DNA of 32,000 nt, from sequence record OY253666.1; one strand, 5' to 3'. The first letter of the stretch is position 1; each line of letters begins with the position of its first letter. Positions 1 to 8,375 of the stretch are shown here, piece after piece. A program made the translations under genes and the position numbers. The notes below the pieces were generated by a model, which was not told where the DNA came from, searched no databases, and was given only the letters and a program-made list of their open reading frames with translations.

Positions 1-51
1 TTGCAGTTCGCGAAAAGATCTTGTACACTTCCATATAGAAAGATTTTTTCA

Positions 52-125
52 CGGAATGTAGCGCAGTTTGGTAGCGCATTTGCTTTGGGAGCAAAGGGTC
101 GCAGGTTCGAATCCTGTCATTCCGA
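52..125 (+). tRNA. trnP: tRNA-Pro (UGG)
   Basis: 74-nt cloverleaf. Acceptor cggaatg/cattccg with discriminator a. Anticodon stem tttgc/gcaaa, loop tttggga giving anticodon TGG. T-arm gcagg-ttcgaat-cctgt. Confidence 0.9.
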
Positions 126-164
126 GCGGGTGGGGTCCCACGGAAAAAAACATACTCGCAAATA

Positions 165-237
165 ACGTCCTTAGTTCAATTGGCAGAGCGTTGGTTTCCA
201 AAACCAAATGTTATAGGTTCGAGTCCTATAGGACGTG
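165..237 (+). tRNA. trnW: tRNA-Trp (CCA)
   Basis: 73-nt cloverleaf. Acceptor acgtcct/aggacgt. Anticodon stem ttggt/accaa, loop ttccaaa giving anticodon CCA. T-arm atagg-ttcgagt-cctat. Confidence 0.9.
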
Positions 238-242
238 ATACG

Positions 243-311
243 TTCGCATATGCGAAAGGTCCTACCTTCCTTTTCTCAGGTTCATTCTCGTGCTCTTCGC
301 ATATGCGAAAG
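243..311. repeat. Two identical 16-nt copies of ttcgcatatgcgaaag (243-258 and 296-311), each containing the 14-nt palindrome ttcgcatatgcgaa
   Basis: Direct reading. The copies lie 53 nt apart in the convergent trnW / ycf12 3' spacer. Each can fold as a 5-bp stem (ttcgc/gcgaa) with loop atat. Confidence 0.7.
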
Positions 312-427
312 AACAGGGTGTACTCGGAGCCCACGACTGAGACTAATAACACCAAAAACCCAGTGCCAAAACACGAGAAAAAGTCATCTACCGCGCATTT
401 GAATGCACGGATGGACCGAAACCTACA

Positions 428-529
428 TTACAGATTACCGCTCCGACCTGCGAGAAGAACAATGACTAATGGGCCAGCAGCTACAATAGCAAATAACGCG
501 GCTAATTGAAAAACGATTTCTAAGTTCAT
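428..529 (-). CDS. ycf12: Photosystem II protein Psb30 (Ycf12)
   Basis: Manual minus-strand translation gives [33 protein letters not shown]. This fits the remembered Ycf12 pattern (MN-E-V-QL...AGPLVI-LLA-R-GNL). It is too short for the ORF track. Confidence 0.85.
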   Translation of the reverse strand: MNLEIVFQLAALFAIVAAGPLVIVLLAGRSGNL

Positions 530-620
530 ACCAAAATTTGAAACTAGTTTGTAACGTTCGTCATCTGTCATGCATCACATCGATCACATCACAGTACAAC
601 GCACCATAATACACATACTT

Positions 621-713
621 TTATGTGTATAACGCCACACCGAGGCGAACAGCTAAAATACCAGTAAGGAGAGCTACAAAAAGAGCTACAAAAACATCAC
701 TATCTGTAAGCAT
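621..713 (-). CDS. psaM: Photosystem I subunit XII (PsaM)
   Basis: Manual translation gives MLTDSDVFVALFVALLTGILAVRLGVALYT*. This fits the PsaM pattern (...D.Q.F.AL..AL....LA.RLG.ALY). Confidence 0.85.
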   Translation of the reverse strand: MLTDSDVFVALFVALLTGILAVRLGVALYT

Positions 714-758
714 AATAAAACCCTTTGAGGAAAAAAATAAATAACAGACGCGCCCTGA

Positions 759-890
759 TTATCGGAAACTCACAGCCGCTTGCCAAACAAACGCGAGAAG
801 AATAAATAAAACAGGAATAATTGGGAGCACATCAACAATTGGATCAAAAGGTGCGTAGGCTTCCGGTAATTTTGCTAGTAAACAAACCAT
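759..890 (-). CDS. psbK: Photosystem II protein K precursor
   Basis: Manual translation gives [43 protein letters not shown]. It contains the canonical PsbK core [32 protein letters not shown]. Confidence 0.92.
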   Translation of the reverse strand: MVCLLAKLPEAYAPFDPIVDVLPIIPVLFILLAFVWQAAVSFR

Positions 891-1052
891 AAAAATTCTC
901 CAACGAAATGTCTGATAAAAGAGGATTAAAAACTATTCGGTCAAAAACACGTCAAGTCGATTTGTCGAATATGTTCATGATACGTTTTTAGTGTACCAAA
1001 AATATATGAAAGATGGTAGCCTATTTTGCCCGTGCGTGCCTCGACACCCCGA

Positions 1053-1064
1053 GGGGGGGGGGGG
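1053..1064 (+). repeat. G12 homopolymer in the psbK / rpoC2 spacer
   Basis: Direct count of 12 consecutive G, preceded by cacccc-ga. Confidence 0.95.
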
Positions 1065-1192
1065 TACGGCACTACTCTCACGCCCTAACCACGGCACAAG
1101 GCATCGTGTATCGAAAGGGCGTGACACAGAGCGATGACATCTCAGGGGAAAGCACCACCAAAGACCGTACACAAGAACTAAAGCAACCATGC

Positions 1193-4100
1193 CTAGATCC
1201 CAGGGCATGATAATGCGGATTCCTGAAACCTGATTGTTTGGAAGAGCCCAGTCCCAGCCGGAATTAAATCACCAAACATAACCCGTTCTTTTAATCCACG
1301 TAAAAAATCAGTTTTCGTAAGCATAGCGTCTCGACTTAAGACACGGGTCGTTTCTTGGAAGCTCGCAGATGAGAGTAAACTTTCCGAGTTCAACGCCGCC
1401 GCAGTAATACCAAGCACAATTGGCTGATACTCGGCTGTATAGGGCCCCTTATCTACAACCTCTACACGTTCACGAATCTTCAGAACCGGCAGCATCTTGG
1501 CTATTGTAGACCCCTTCAATACAAAATCAGACCAACCTTTATCCTGCTCTGAAATCCCAAGATTTATAAGCTCAACACGACTTAAAGGTATAATTTCATC
1601 GCGAAATAAGCCGGTTATTCCAGGGTTCATAATCTTCACATGTGAGGTCATTTGGCGAACTACAATCTCAAAGTGCTTATCAGAAATGGTAACACCTTGA
1701 GACAGATAAATCTGTTGGATTCGATCAACAATTTGGCGCTGCGCCCGGACTAATACTGTTCGAGCAGCAACTGAAGGAGGCATACGCGTCTTGAGTTTTT
1801 TGAATTCCCGTCGGACAAATATATGGGCTTTAAAGGCAGCATCTGGTCGACGGGAAGCTTCAAAAACCTGCTCCACCTTCGGAATACCCTGGACAATATC
1901 TCCCGTAATCAGACGTTGGTACACCAACGAAACAATCGGGTGTCCGGGCTGGACCCATTGGTAATTATTAACGTGCACTGCTGCTGCTTTGTAACAAAGC
2001 ACGGGCTGGGCACGACGGATGATCATTTGCGACGGGGTGAGGGTCACAATTTGACCCGAAACGGGTAACGCGACACCTGGCACAATCTCATCACCATACC
2101 GTAAAAGTTGTCCAACGGACAGAGCACTCGGTGTTTCAGAAATATTTTCAAGGGAAAACGCAATCAAGTGGTGTGTTCGGAGCAGAATCACATCGTTTGT
2201 CTCAGTTGTAAAAGTCTCTCCTGCGTCTCTAACAATATCCGAGTCTGTGAGTATCGGATCCCACTTAAAATAAAGGGTATTCGGCGCCCCAGGCACAGCC
2301 GCACCGTGTATAGGCAGTGACACAAGACCAATGGACCATGCCCGTCCGTAAAACGGGTTCTGCGTCACCGGGTTGGTCAGGCTAATACGGGGCGCCACAG
2401 GTATACCATATACCCGAGTTCGAGACCAAAGCCTAACGGCGTGAGTTGGAGTACGAAGCCACCGTCGAAGCGGTGGCGCACACACGCGACGCTGCACATT
2501 ATGACGGATGCCGCGTACAATATCAGTATCGTCGGTACCTGTAGTGGGTGCCTGCTTAACCCAAACAGCAGGGCGTGCAGACCAATCGGTCTCATGCATC
2601 TGAGCGCCTTCTAAAGACTGCGATATGGTCAGCCAACGCTGACCGGTTTGGGCACAATTCGCTGAAATTATAGATAATGAGGCCTGCGCCATGACCAGCG
2701 TTTCCCCACAAAGATTGTCAAACAAAACGTGCCCACGGAAACGCGCTTGGTGGTAAGCTGCAGGTACAAAGCCTGCGTCAACACGTGTTGACACGTATAA
2801 CCACCCCATAAACCGCTCGGTGAAATATAGTGTCGCACCGTCAGCAAGAGTGTACGTACTTGGCTGAACAAGAGAAACCCAGGGAGCAATCATATGGGTA
2901 AACATATGCATCTGGCGCGCCGCTTGATACGCCTGAGAAACAAACGTACACGTTGACGCAGTATACGTTGAGTGCAGTAATTCCGGATGACGTAGGGTAA
3001 AAACCTGCCGAATACGCACAAGGTATGATGTAGATTCAGATAAGGCGGAATCAACCAGCGTCACCATTCCCGGGGCAATTGCAGCAACGAGGGCCCGTGT
3101 ACGCTGCCTTATTTGATTTTGCTTACAGGCTACCAGAGCTTGAGCATCAAGCAAGGCAGGTACAAACGACTGGAGCGGCGTGACCAGTTCAAAGCCTTGA
3201 CAACACCCATTGGCGCACGAACCAAAAAGAGTAGGTTGTGGAAAATAGAGCCAACTCGGGTAGAGCTGAATCTTGCCCAACGTAGGAGGCGAGGCCGGCA
3301 CAGGCGAAAACGGAAAATGGTCCAACGTTGCGTCGGATGTGAGTAGGTTCCCGGGGAGAGTCAGGTCGTATAACGCGCCCTCTACCCGTACAGGAGTTCG
3401 TACAAAATTCGAGTTTAGTCGTACGTAAGGATAATAATGTTCAGTGGAAGACAGTTCAGCCGGCGGGTGTGAAGCACAAAGTAACCCGTAGATTACGGAA
3501 CGAGTTACACGCGACTCCGCCTGCAATGTTATGGAATGTGACAGAATATCGCCACCTACCACCCACCGAGCATACGGCATATGCTCTATATGACGCATTT
3601 TAGGTGCTGCAGGTATCTCTGCAGATGCCCCTAAAGACTTCCTTGCAGAGGGCATGGTCGGCCCCACCCTAACAGCTCGGCGACCCGATTTCCACGACAG
3701 TCGAAGTGGTGACCAGGAATAAACATCAAACACACCCGTCGACACCTGTGCAGTGAAGGCAAAAAATCCAAGACCACGGTTGATGTCACCACAACCGTTG
3801 ACGGACCAAAACGCACCCCCGATATCGGTTTTAAGCGTCGCAGGCAAGTAGGTAAATGACAAAAACGTCCCTGCCTTTTTTACCAAGGTTTTATTTGGTA
3901 ACTCCAAGCAATCGCCAGCTTGGGTTTGAATGCGTATCGCGGACGCATCATCGCCCATAAATACGAATTGGTAACGCCCAGCAAGGAGCGGGGCGTAGCC
4001 CATCTTCAATACCGGTTTCGTACCCGTTGGGGCGTGGTTGGGATCGGTACGGTGTGGCCGATGCACACGGTGGGTGGCCCCGGGCGGCATAAGAGGTAGG

Positions 4101-5893
4101 GGCAGCTCTGGCGCTGCGTCAACACTTTCGTAACGGGGCAGCATACACACAAACATGTCATGCTGTGACGCGATAGGCCTCCGGCTCAACGTGGAATGCG
4201 ACGATAGAGCATGACCTGATATGCGATACATCGGCAATACCGTAGAGGTACCTGCCGTAGCAGCATCGTGCTCAGCAGCGGACCCATACTTAGGAATAGA
4301 TCCGAGATGATCCCCAGCTAAAACCCATATGGTCCCGAGGGCGGAGCTTGTGCACAAGCGCACCTTTGGTGCTCTCGGATTTTTTCTAACAAACTCTCGC
4401 ATTTTTTTCACCGGTGCTTTATTTTCAGAGAGCCAGTTGGTTCGGCGCACACGCCCATCTAGGCCAACTGCATACCGTCGAGGCATGGGCACACACTCCA
4501 ACGGGTCCATCTCGTAAAGAACCTGGCCGCTCATTTCAGAAAAAACAATCTTATCCGTACGAACACGTTCATTCTGCTTGGCGCCAACGCCACTAAAAAG
4601 GCCCACTAATGCGTTAGGGCGGATATACTCCCCTTCGCGCACAAATAAAGCGGTGTTGTTTGGCACATGGATCTGCGTTTGGGTATTGCGCTCGTCGTCG
4701 GTAATCAGCAGCTGACCTGAGGTCTTAACTAAAAAAGCGATTTGACCGTATGGGGTGCGAACGAGTCTCCCAGGAAAGGGTCGTGGAAACGTTACGCGAC
4801 CCCCATGAGGGGTACGAAACTCCTCGTCAACGTCCCCAGTAAATACCCCACCAGTGTGAAAAGTCCGCATGGTTAGTTGAGTCCCAGGCTCACCAATAGA
4901 TTGTCCCGCGATAATACCAACCGCCTCCCCAATGGCCACCATAGCGTTTTGCGCTAAACTCCAGCCATAGCAAAATCGACACACACCGCGGCGTAATTCA
5001 CACGTTAAAGGTGAGCGAATACGGATGGGCAACCTGCGACCAGCCTGATCTGCAGCTTGCTGAAGGGCGGCCATACGTTCCGCTAGGACTTCCGAAATCG
5101 GTTCGTTGCGGCGTGCCACAACGTGGCCATTATGTACAAAATCCGTAGCAAGAACTCGACCCACCAAGCGATCAGACAACTTTAAGACCGTTTTACCGTA
5201 GGATTGTAACGCCGAAACGGTAATCCCGTGTCGTGTCCCACACGAGCCTTGTCTCACCACCATATGCTGCGATACATCAACAAGCCGACGTGTTAAATAA
5301 CCAGCATCCGCCGTGCGGAGGGCTGTATCGACAACCCCCTTACGAGCCCCATAACAAGAAATCATATATTCTGTAACAGTTAACCCTTCGCGGAAATTAC
5401 TCCGGATAGGAAACCCAATAATATCCCCTTTTGGGTCCGCCATTAAGCCCCTCATTCCCACTAATTGGCGCACCTGGGACACATTCCCGCGGGCCCCTGA
5501 AAAGGCCATCATATAAACCGGGTTTAGGATGTTGGTAGCCTCAAAATAGTCAATAACGTGTTGTTTAACGTTTTCACTAGTTCTGTGCCACGTGTCAATG
5601 ACGCTTTGAAGCTCTTCGACCGCAGTCCGGTTTCCCCGATACCCACCATGCGTACTTTGGGCCACAAATGTTTCCGCATCAAGAACTTCATCGCATTTCT
5701 TGGGCGGGATGCTAAGGTCGTCAATACTTAAGGAAACACCCGCAAAAGTTGCGTATTGGAATCCGAGCGTTTTTAAATTCTCAATAAATTGAATGGTGGT
5801 ATGTTCACCGTGATAGGTCAAAGACCATAAAATCATACGCTTCAACCGACCCTTGTCGAAACATTGGTTAAAGAAAAAAGGAATGGTCGTCAT
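1193..5893 (-). CDS. rpoC2: Plastid-encoded RNA polymerase beta'' subunit (RpoC2)
   Basis: The ORF track gives 1193..5965 (1590 aa). Conserved RpoC2 blocks are present: FFNQCFDKGRLK, MAFSGARGN, SIGEPGTQLTMRTFHTGGVF, ITGDIVQGIPKVEQVFEA and a conserved C-terminus. The start is placed at Met25 (MTTIPFFFNQ), where family similarity begins. The upstream ATG at 5965 cannot be excluded. Confidence 0.9.
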   Translation of the reverse strand: MTTIPFFFNQCFDKGRLKRMILWSLTYHGEHTTIQFIENLKTLGFQYATFAGVSLSIDDLSIPPKKCDEVLDAETFVAQSTHGGYRGNRTAVEELQSVIDTWHRTSENVKQHVIDYFEATNILNPVYMMAFSGARGNVSQVRQLVGMRGLMADPKGDIIGFPIRSNFREGLTVTEYMISCYGARKGVVDTALRTADAGYLTRRLVDVSQHMVVRQGSCGTRHGITVSALQSYGKTVLKLSDRLVGRVLATDFVHNGHVVARRNEPISEVLAERMAALQQAADQAGRRLPIRIRSPLTCELRRGVCRFCYGWSLAQNAMVAIGEAVGIIAGQSIGEPGTQLTMRTFHTGGVFTGDVDEEFRTPHGGRVTFPRPFPGRLVRTPYGQIAFLVKTSGQLLITDDERNTQTQIHVPNNTALFVREGEYIRPNALVGLFSGVGAKQNERVRTDKIVFSEMSGQVLYEMDPLECVPMPRRYAVGLDGRVRRTNWLSENKAPVKKMREFVRKNPRAPKVRLCTSSALGTIWVLAGDHLGSIPKYGSAAEHDAATAGTSTVLPMYRISGHALSSHSTLSRRPIASQHDMFVCMLPRYESVDAAPELPLPLMPPGATHRVHRPHRTDPNHAPTGTKPVLKMGYAPLLAGRYQFVFMGDDASAIRIQTQAGDCLELPNKTLVKKAGTFLSFTYLPATLKTDIGGAFWSVNGCGDINRGLGFFAFTAQVSTGVFDVYSWSPLRLSWKSGRRAVRVGPTMPSARKSLGASAEIPAAPKMRHIEHMPYARWVVGGDILSHSITLQAESRVTRSVIYGLLCASHPPAELSSTEHYYPYVRLNSNFVRTPVRVEGALYDLTLPGNLLTSDATLDHFPFSPVPASPPTLGKIQLYPSWLYFPQPTLFGSCANGCCQGFELVTPLQSFVPALLDAQALVACKQNQIRQRTRALVAAIAPGMVTLVDSALSESTSYLVRIRQVFTLRHPELLHSTYTASTCTFVSQAYQAARQMHMFTHMIAPWVSLVQPSTYTLADGATLYFTERFMGWLYVSTRVDAGFVPAAYHQARFRGHVLFDNLCGETLVMAQASLSIISANCAQTGQRWLTISQSLEGAQMHETDWSARPAVWVKQAPTTGTDDTDIVRGIRHNVQRRVCAPPLRRWLRTPTHAVRLWSRTRVYGIPVAPRISLTNPVTQNPFYGRAWSIGLVSLPIHGAAVPGAPNTLYFKWDPILTDSDIVRDAGETFTTETNDVILLRTHHLIAFSLENISETPSALSVGQLLRYGDEIVPGVALPVSGQIVTLTPSQMIIRRAQPVLCYKAAAVHVNNYQWVQPGHPIVSLVYQRLITGDIVQGIPKVEQVFEASRRPDAAFKAHIFVRREFKKLKTRMPPSVAARTVLVRAQRQIVDRIQQIYLSQGVTISDKHFEIVVRQMTSHVKIMNPGITGLFRDEIIPLSRVELINLGISEQDKGWSDFVLKGSTIAKMLPVLKIRERVEVVDKGPYTAEYQPIVLGITAAALNSESLLSSASFQETTRVLSRDAMLTKTDFLRGLKERVMFGDLIPAGTGLFQTIRFQESALSCPGI

Positions 5894-5971
5894 AATACAA
5901 ATTGAACATAGACGGGTTACTCCACGGGAGTCACATTTTTTGTGGTTAATTCGATTTAGGGTCAATAGTTT

Positions 5972-8341
5972 TTAGGCATCTTGAGGAGTCGCCAAAACTG
6001 CCTGGAAAAGAGCGTCCACATCCCACAGAGGTTTCGGTCCGTAAACAATCGCCTCAACATCATGGTCAAGTCGTTTTTGTGCCGATTCTGTCATCGATGG
6101 TGTGAGCATACTCAGAGCGCCATTAAATAAAATGCGCCCGACCATAGTTCGAATATAATGCCGATGCGCATGCAAGTACGCGCGATAAAAGGCCTCATCT
6201 GTGGAAAGCACGTAGAGGCCTCGATCCTGGTATTTAGACTCAACAATGAGCCCATTACCATTAGCCGATAACTGAATCTCTTTAGGCGTTCGCGCCGTGT
6301 CGCCGGTCTCACACCGGGTTTCTAAAGGAAGATTGACCCAAATCTGTGAGCTTAAGATTATATGCTCTTGGTGGAACGCGACAATGGCGTCAGACGGGCT
6401 TGAAAAATACAACCCAGTGCCGGTACTCAGTGCCCCGCCCCGAGACTTGGATTTGAATTTGGCAACCCCGTCGGTTGTTAAATAATAACAACCAAGTACC
6501 ATATCCTGGCTTGGCATTAAAATGGGCTGACCAGTTGCGGGGGCTAAAAGGTTATTCCGTGACCATATCAAGCGCCAGGCCTCAGCACGAGCATGAAAAG
6601 ATAGGGGGACATGCACGGCCATCTGATCACCATCAAAATCCGCGTTAAACCCGCTGCAAACCAATGGGTGGAGCGTAATGGCTTGTCCAGCTACTAAATA
6701 AGGCTGAAAAGCCTGAATACCGAGACGGTGTAGCGTTGGAGCGCGATTTAATAAAATCGGCAATTCACGCATAATGTCGATTAACACTGGCCAGATAATC
6801 GGGTGGTGGCGAGTGATATACCGCTTGGCCTGAACAATGTTATCGGCATAACAATCGTCCAATAGTCGGCGCATTAAAAATGGATAAAAAAGCTCCAACG
6901 CCATTTCACGCGGCAGGCCACAGGCGTGCACCTCCAACTTCGGTCCCACGACAATAACCGAACGCCCTGAGTAATCAACCCGCTTACCAAGTAAATTAAG
7001 ACGAAAACGGCCCCGCTTTCCTTTTAATCGGTCGGAAAGGGATTTCAGCGGCATATCGTTAGCATCCAAAGCAACCGTCGACCCACCTTTCCCATTCTCG
7101 ATCAGCGCGTCCACAGCTTCCTGAACCAATCGTTTGGTGTAGCCGATGTTTTCCATATCTAAAATAAGCAGCCGCTTCATACGACTATTTCTAAATAGCA
7201 CACGCTGGTACAATCGATTTACATCAGAGGCCATAACTTGCTGATTTACAAGCATAAGCGGTCGTAAATCCGGAGGTAAAACAGGCAAGACGGAGACAAC
7301 CAACCACGCGAGTTTTTTTCTCGTGCGAATAAAGGCCGACAACAGTTTAATTCGAGCGAGACATTTCGCCCGAAGACGTTGATTTCGGCCAACAAGCGTC
7401 CGCATTTTCCGAAGTGGGAGCTTTGATCTAGCTATAGCTTGGATGCGGCTATCAATAGTACGTATCTCGTAGGCTAATATCCAACGTACCTTAAGAAGAT
7501 CCACACGCTCCAAGAGGTTCGCAATAGCATCACCACCAGTTGCTGCTAAAATGCTTCGAATAGTCGCATCACGATGCGAGGATTGGGTCTGCAATAAGTC
7601 CGCGAACAACGAGTCCGGGTCAATACCACTAAAAATGTCATTCGACGAGTAATGACCGGCACTGCTCTCTTTACTCGTATAGGGGTCGATGGGCTGATCA
7701 CCTGGCTGCGGATACGACGTGAAGTAATGTAAAAACTTAACTTTATCCAGCGGCTCGCACGCGCATACCCCACGGAACGGGACCGTCTGCGTGGGCGTAT
7801 ATACGCCATCTATAAAATTTGTCACAGGTGCGGGCAAAATGCTGGCCCCTTGAACATCAATGAGTACAGTCAAGGAGTATACCAGCGATTGAAGGGTCTT
7901 CTTTTTACGACCCAATGCAACCGAGTAATAACTAGGACGACCCATCAAATACCAAATATGCGTGACCGAAGAAAATAAATTGATATACCCTAAACGACGT
8001 CGGCGAAGGGTTGCAGGACCATATTCGACCTCACATTCTGGGCAAAAAGTCACATCCTCGCTTGGCTGTTCCTTGCCACAGGCACACGTCTTGTCTTTCA
8101 CAGGCCCAAAAATACGTTCACAAAATAGCCCGTCACGTATCGGCTTAAACGTCTTATAGTCAACCGTTTTAGAGTGTAAGACTTCCCCAACCCGCATACC
8201 GTTCGGTAAGCGTCGCTGGGTCCATCTTTTGATTGTATGCGGTGACGCTACACCAAGAATAAGTGAATCAAAAATAACGCGGCGATTGTCAAAATGACGT
8301 TCGTCTAAATGCAAGTTACGGTTTTGGAAATACGTAATCAT
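5972..8341 (-). CDS. rpoC1: Plastid-encoded RNA polymerase beta' subunit (RpoC1)
   Basis: 789-aa ORF containing GLFCERIFGP, the catalytic NADFDGDQMAVHVP motif, and LNRAPTLHRLGIQAF. It is uninterrupted (no intron). Confidence 0.95.
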   Translation of the reverse strand: MITYFQNRNLHLDERHFDNRRVIFDSLILGVASPHTIKRWTQRRLPNGMRVGEVLHSKTVDYKTFKPIRDGLFCERIFGPVKDKTCACGKEQPSEDVTFCPECEVEYGPATLRRRRLGYINLFSSVTHIWYLMGRPSYYSVALGRKKKTLQSLVYSLTVLIDVQGASILPAPVTNFIDGVYTPTQTVPFRGVCACEPLDKVKFLHYFTSYPQPGDQPIDPYTSKESSAGHYSSNDIFSGIDPDSLFADLLQTQSSHRDATIRSILAATGGDAIANLLERVDLLKVRWILAYEIRTIDSRIQAIARSKLPLRKMRTLVGRNQRLRAKCLARIKLLSAFIRTRKKLAWLVVSVLPVLPPDLRPLMLVNQQVMASDVNRLYQRVLFRNSRMKRLLILDMENIGYTKRLVQEAVDALIENGKGGSTVALDANDMPLKSLSDRLKGKRGRFRLNLLGKRVDYSGRSVIVVGPKLEVHACGLPREMALELFYPFLMRRLLDDCYADNIVQAKRYITRHHPIIWPVLIDIMRELPILLNRAPTLHRLGIQAFQPYLVAGQAITLHPLVCSGFNADFDGDQMAVHVPLSFHARAEAWRLIWSRNNLLAPATGQPILMPSQDMVLGCYYLTTDGVAKFKSKSRGGALSTGTGLYFSSPSDAIVAFHQEHIILSSQIWVNLPLETRCETGDTARTPKEIQLSANGNGLIVESKYQDRGLYVLSTDEAFYRAYLHAHRHYIRTMVGRILFNGALSMLTPSMTESAQKRLDHDVEAIVYGPKPLWDVDALFQAVLATPQDA

Positions 8342-8375
8342 AAATTTTATCCTTGTACAAGAGCGGAAGCGTACA

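Noticed and set aside
343-387. 14-codon minus-strand ORF (MTFSRVLALGFWCY*) in the otherwise empty trnW/ycf12 spacer. I considered it as a possible remnant of petG, psaJ or petN, which often neighbour trnW/trnP.
   Set aside because: It does not resemble any of those peptides. Frameshifted continuations either terminate quickly or run into trnW. It is too short to support.
180-509. 109-aa + strand ORF from the track.
   Set aside because: It begins inside trnW-CCA and runs antisense through ycf12. It has a low-complexity composition and no family resemblance.
908-991. 27-aa basic + strand ORF ([27 protein letters not shown]) in the psbK upstream spacer.
   Set aside because: It does not match rpl36 or any other small plastid protein I know. 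It has no Shine-Dalgarno box and probably lies in the psbK promoter or 5' UTR region.
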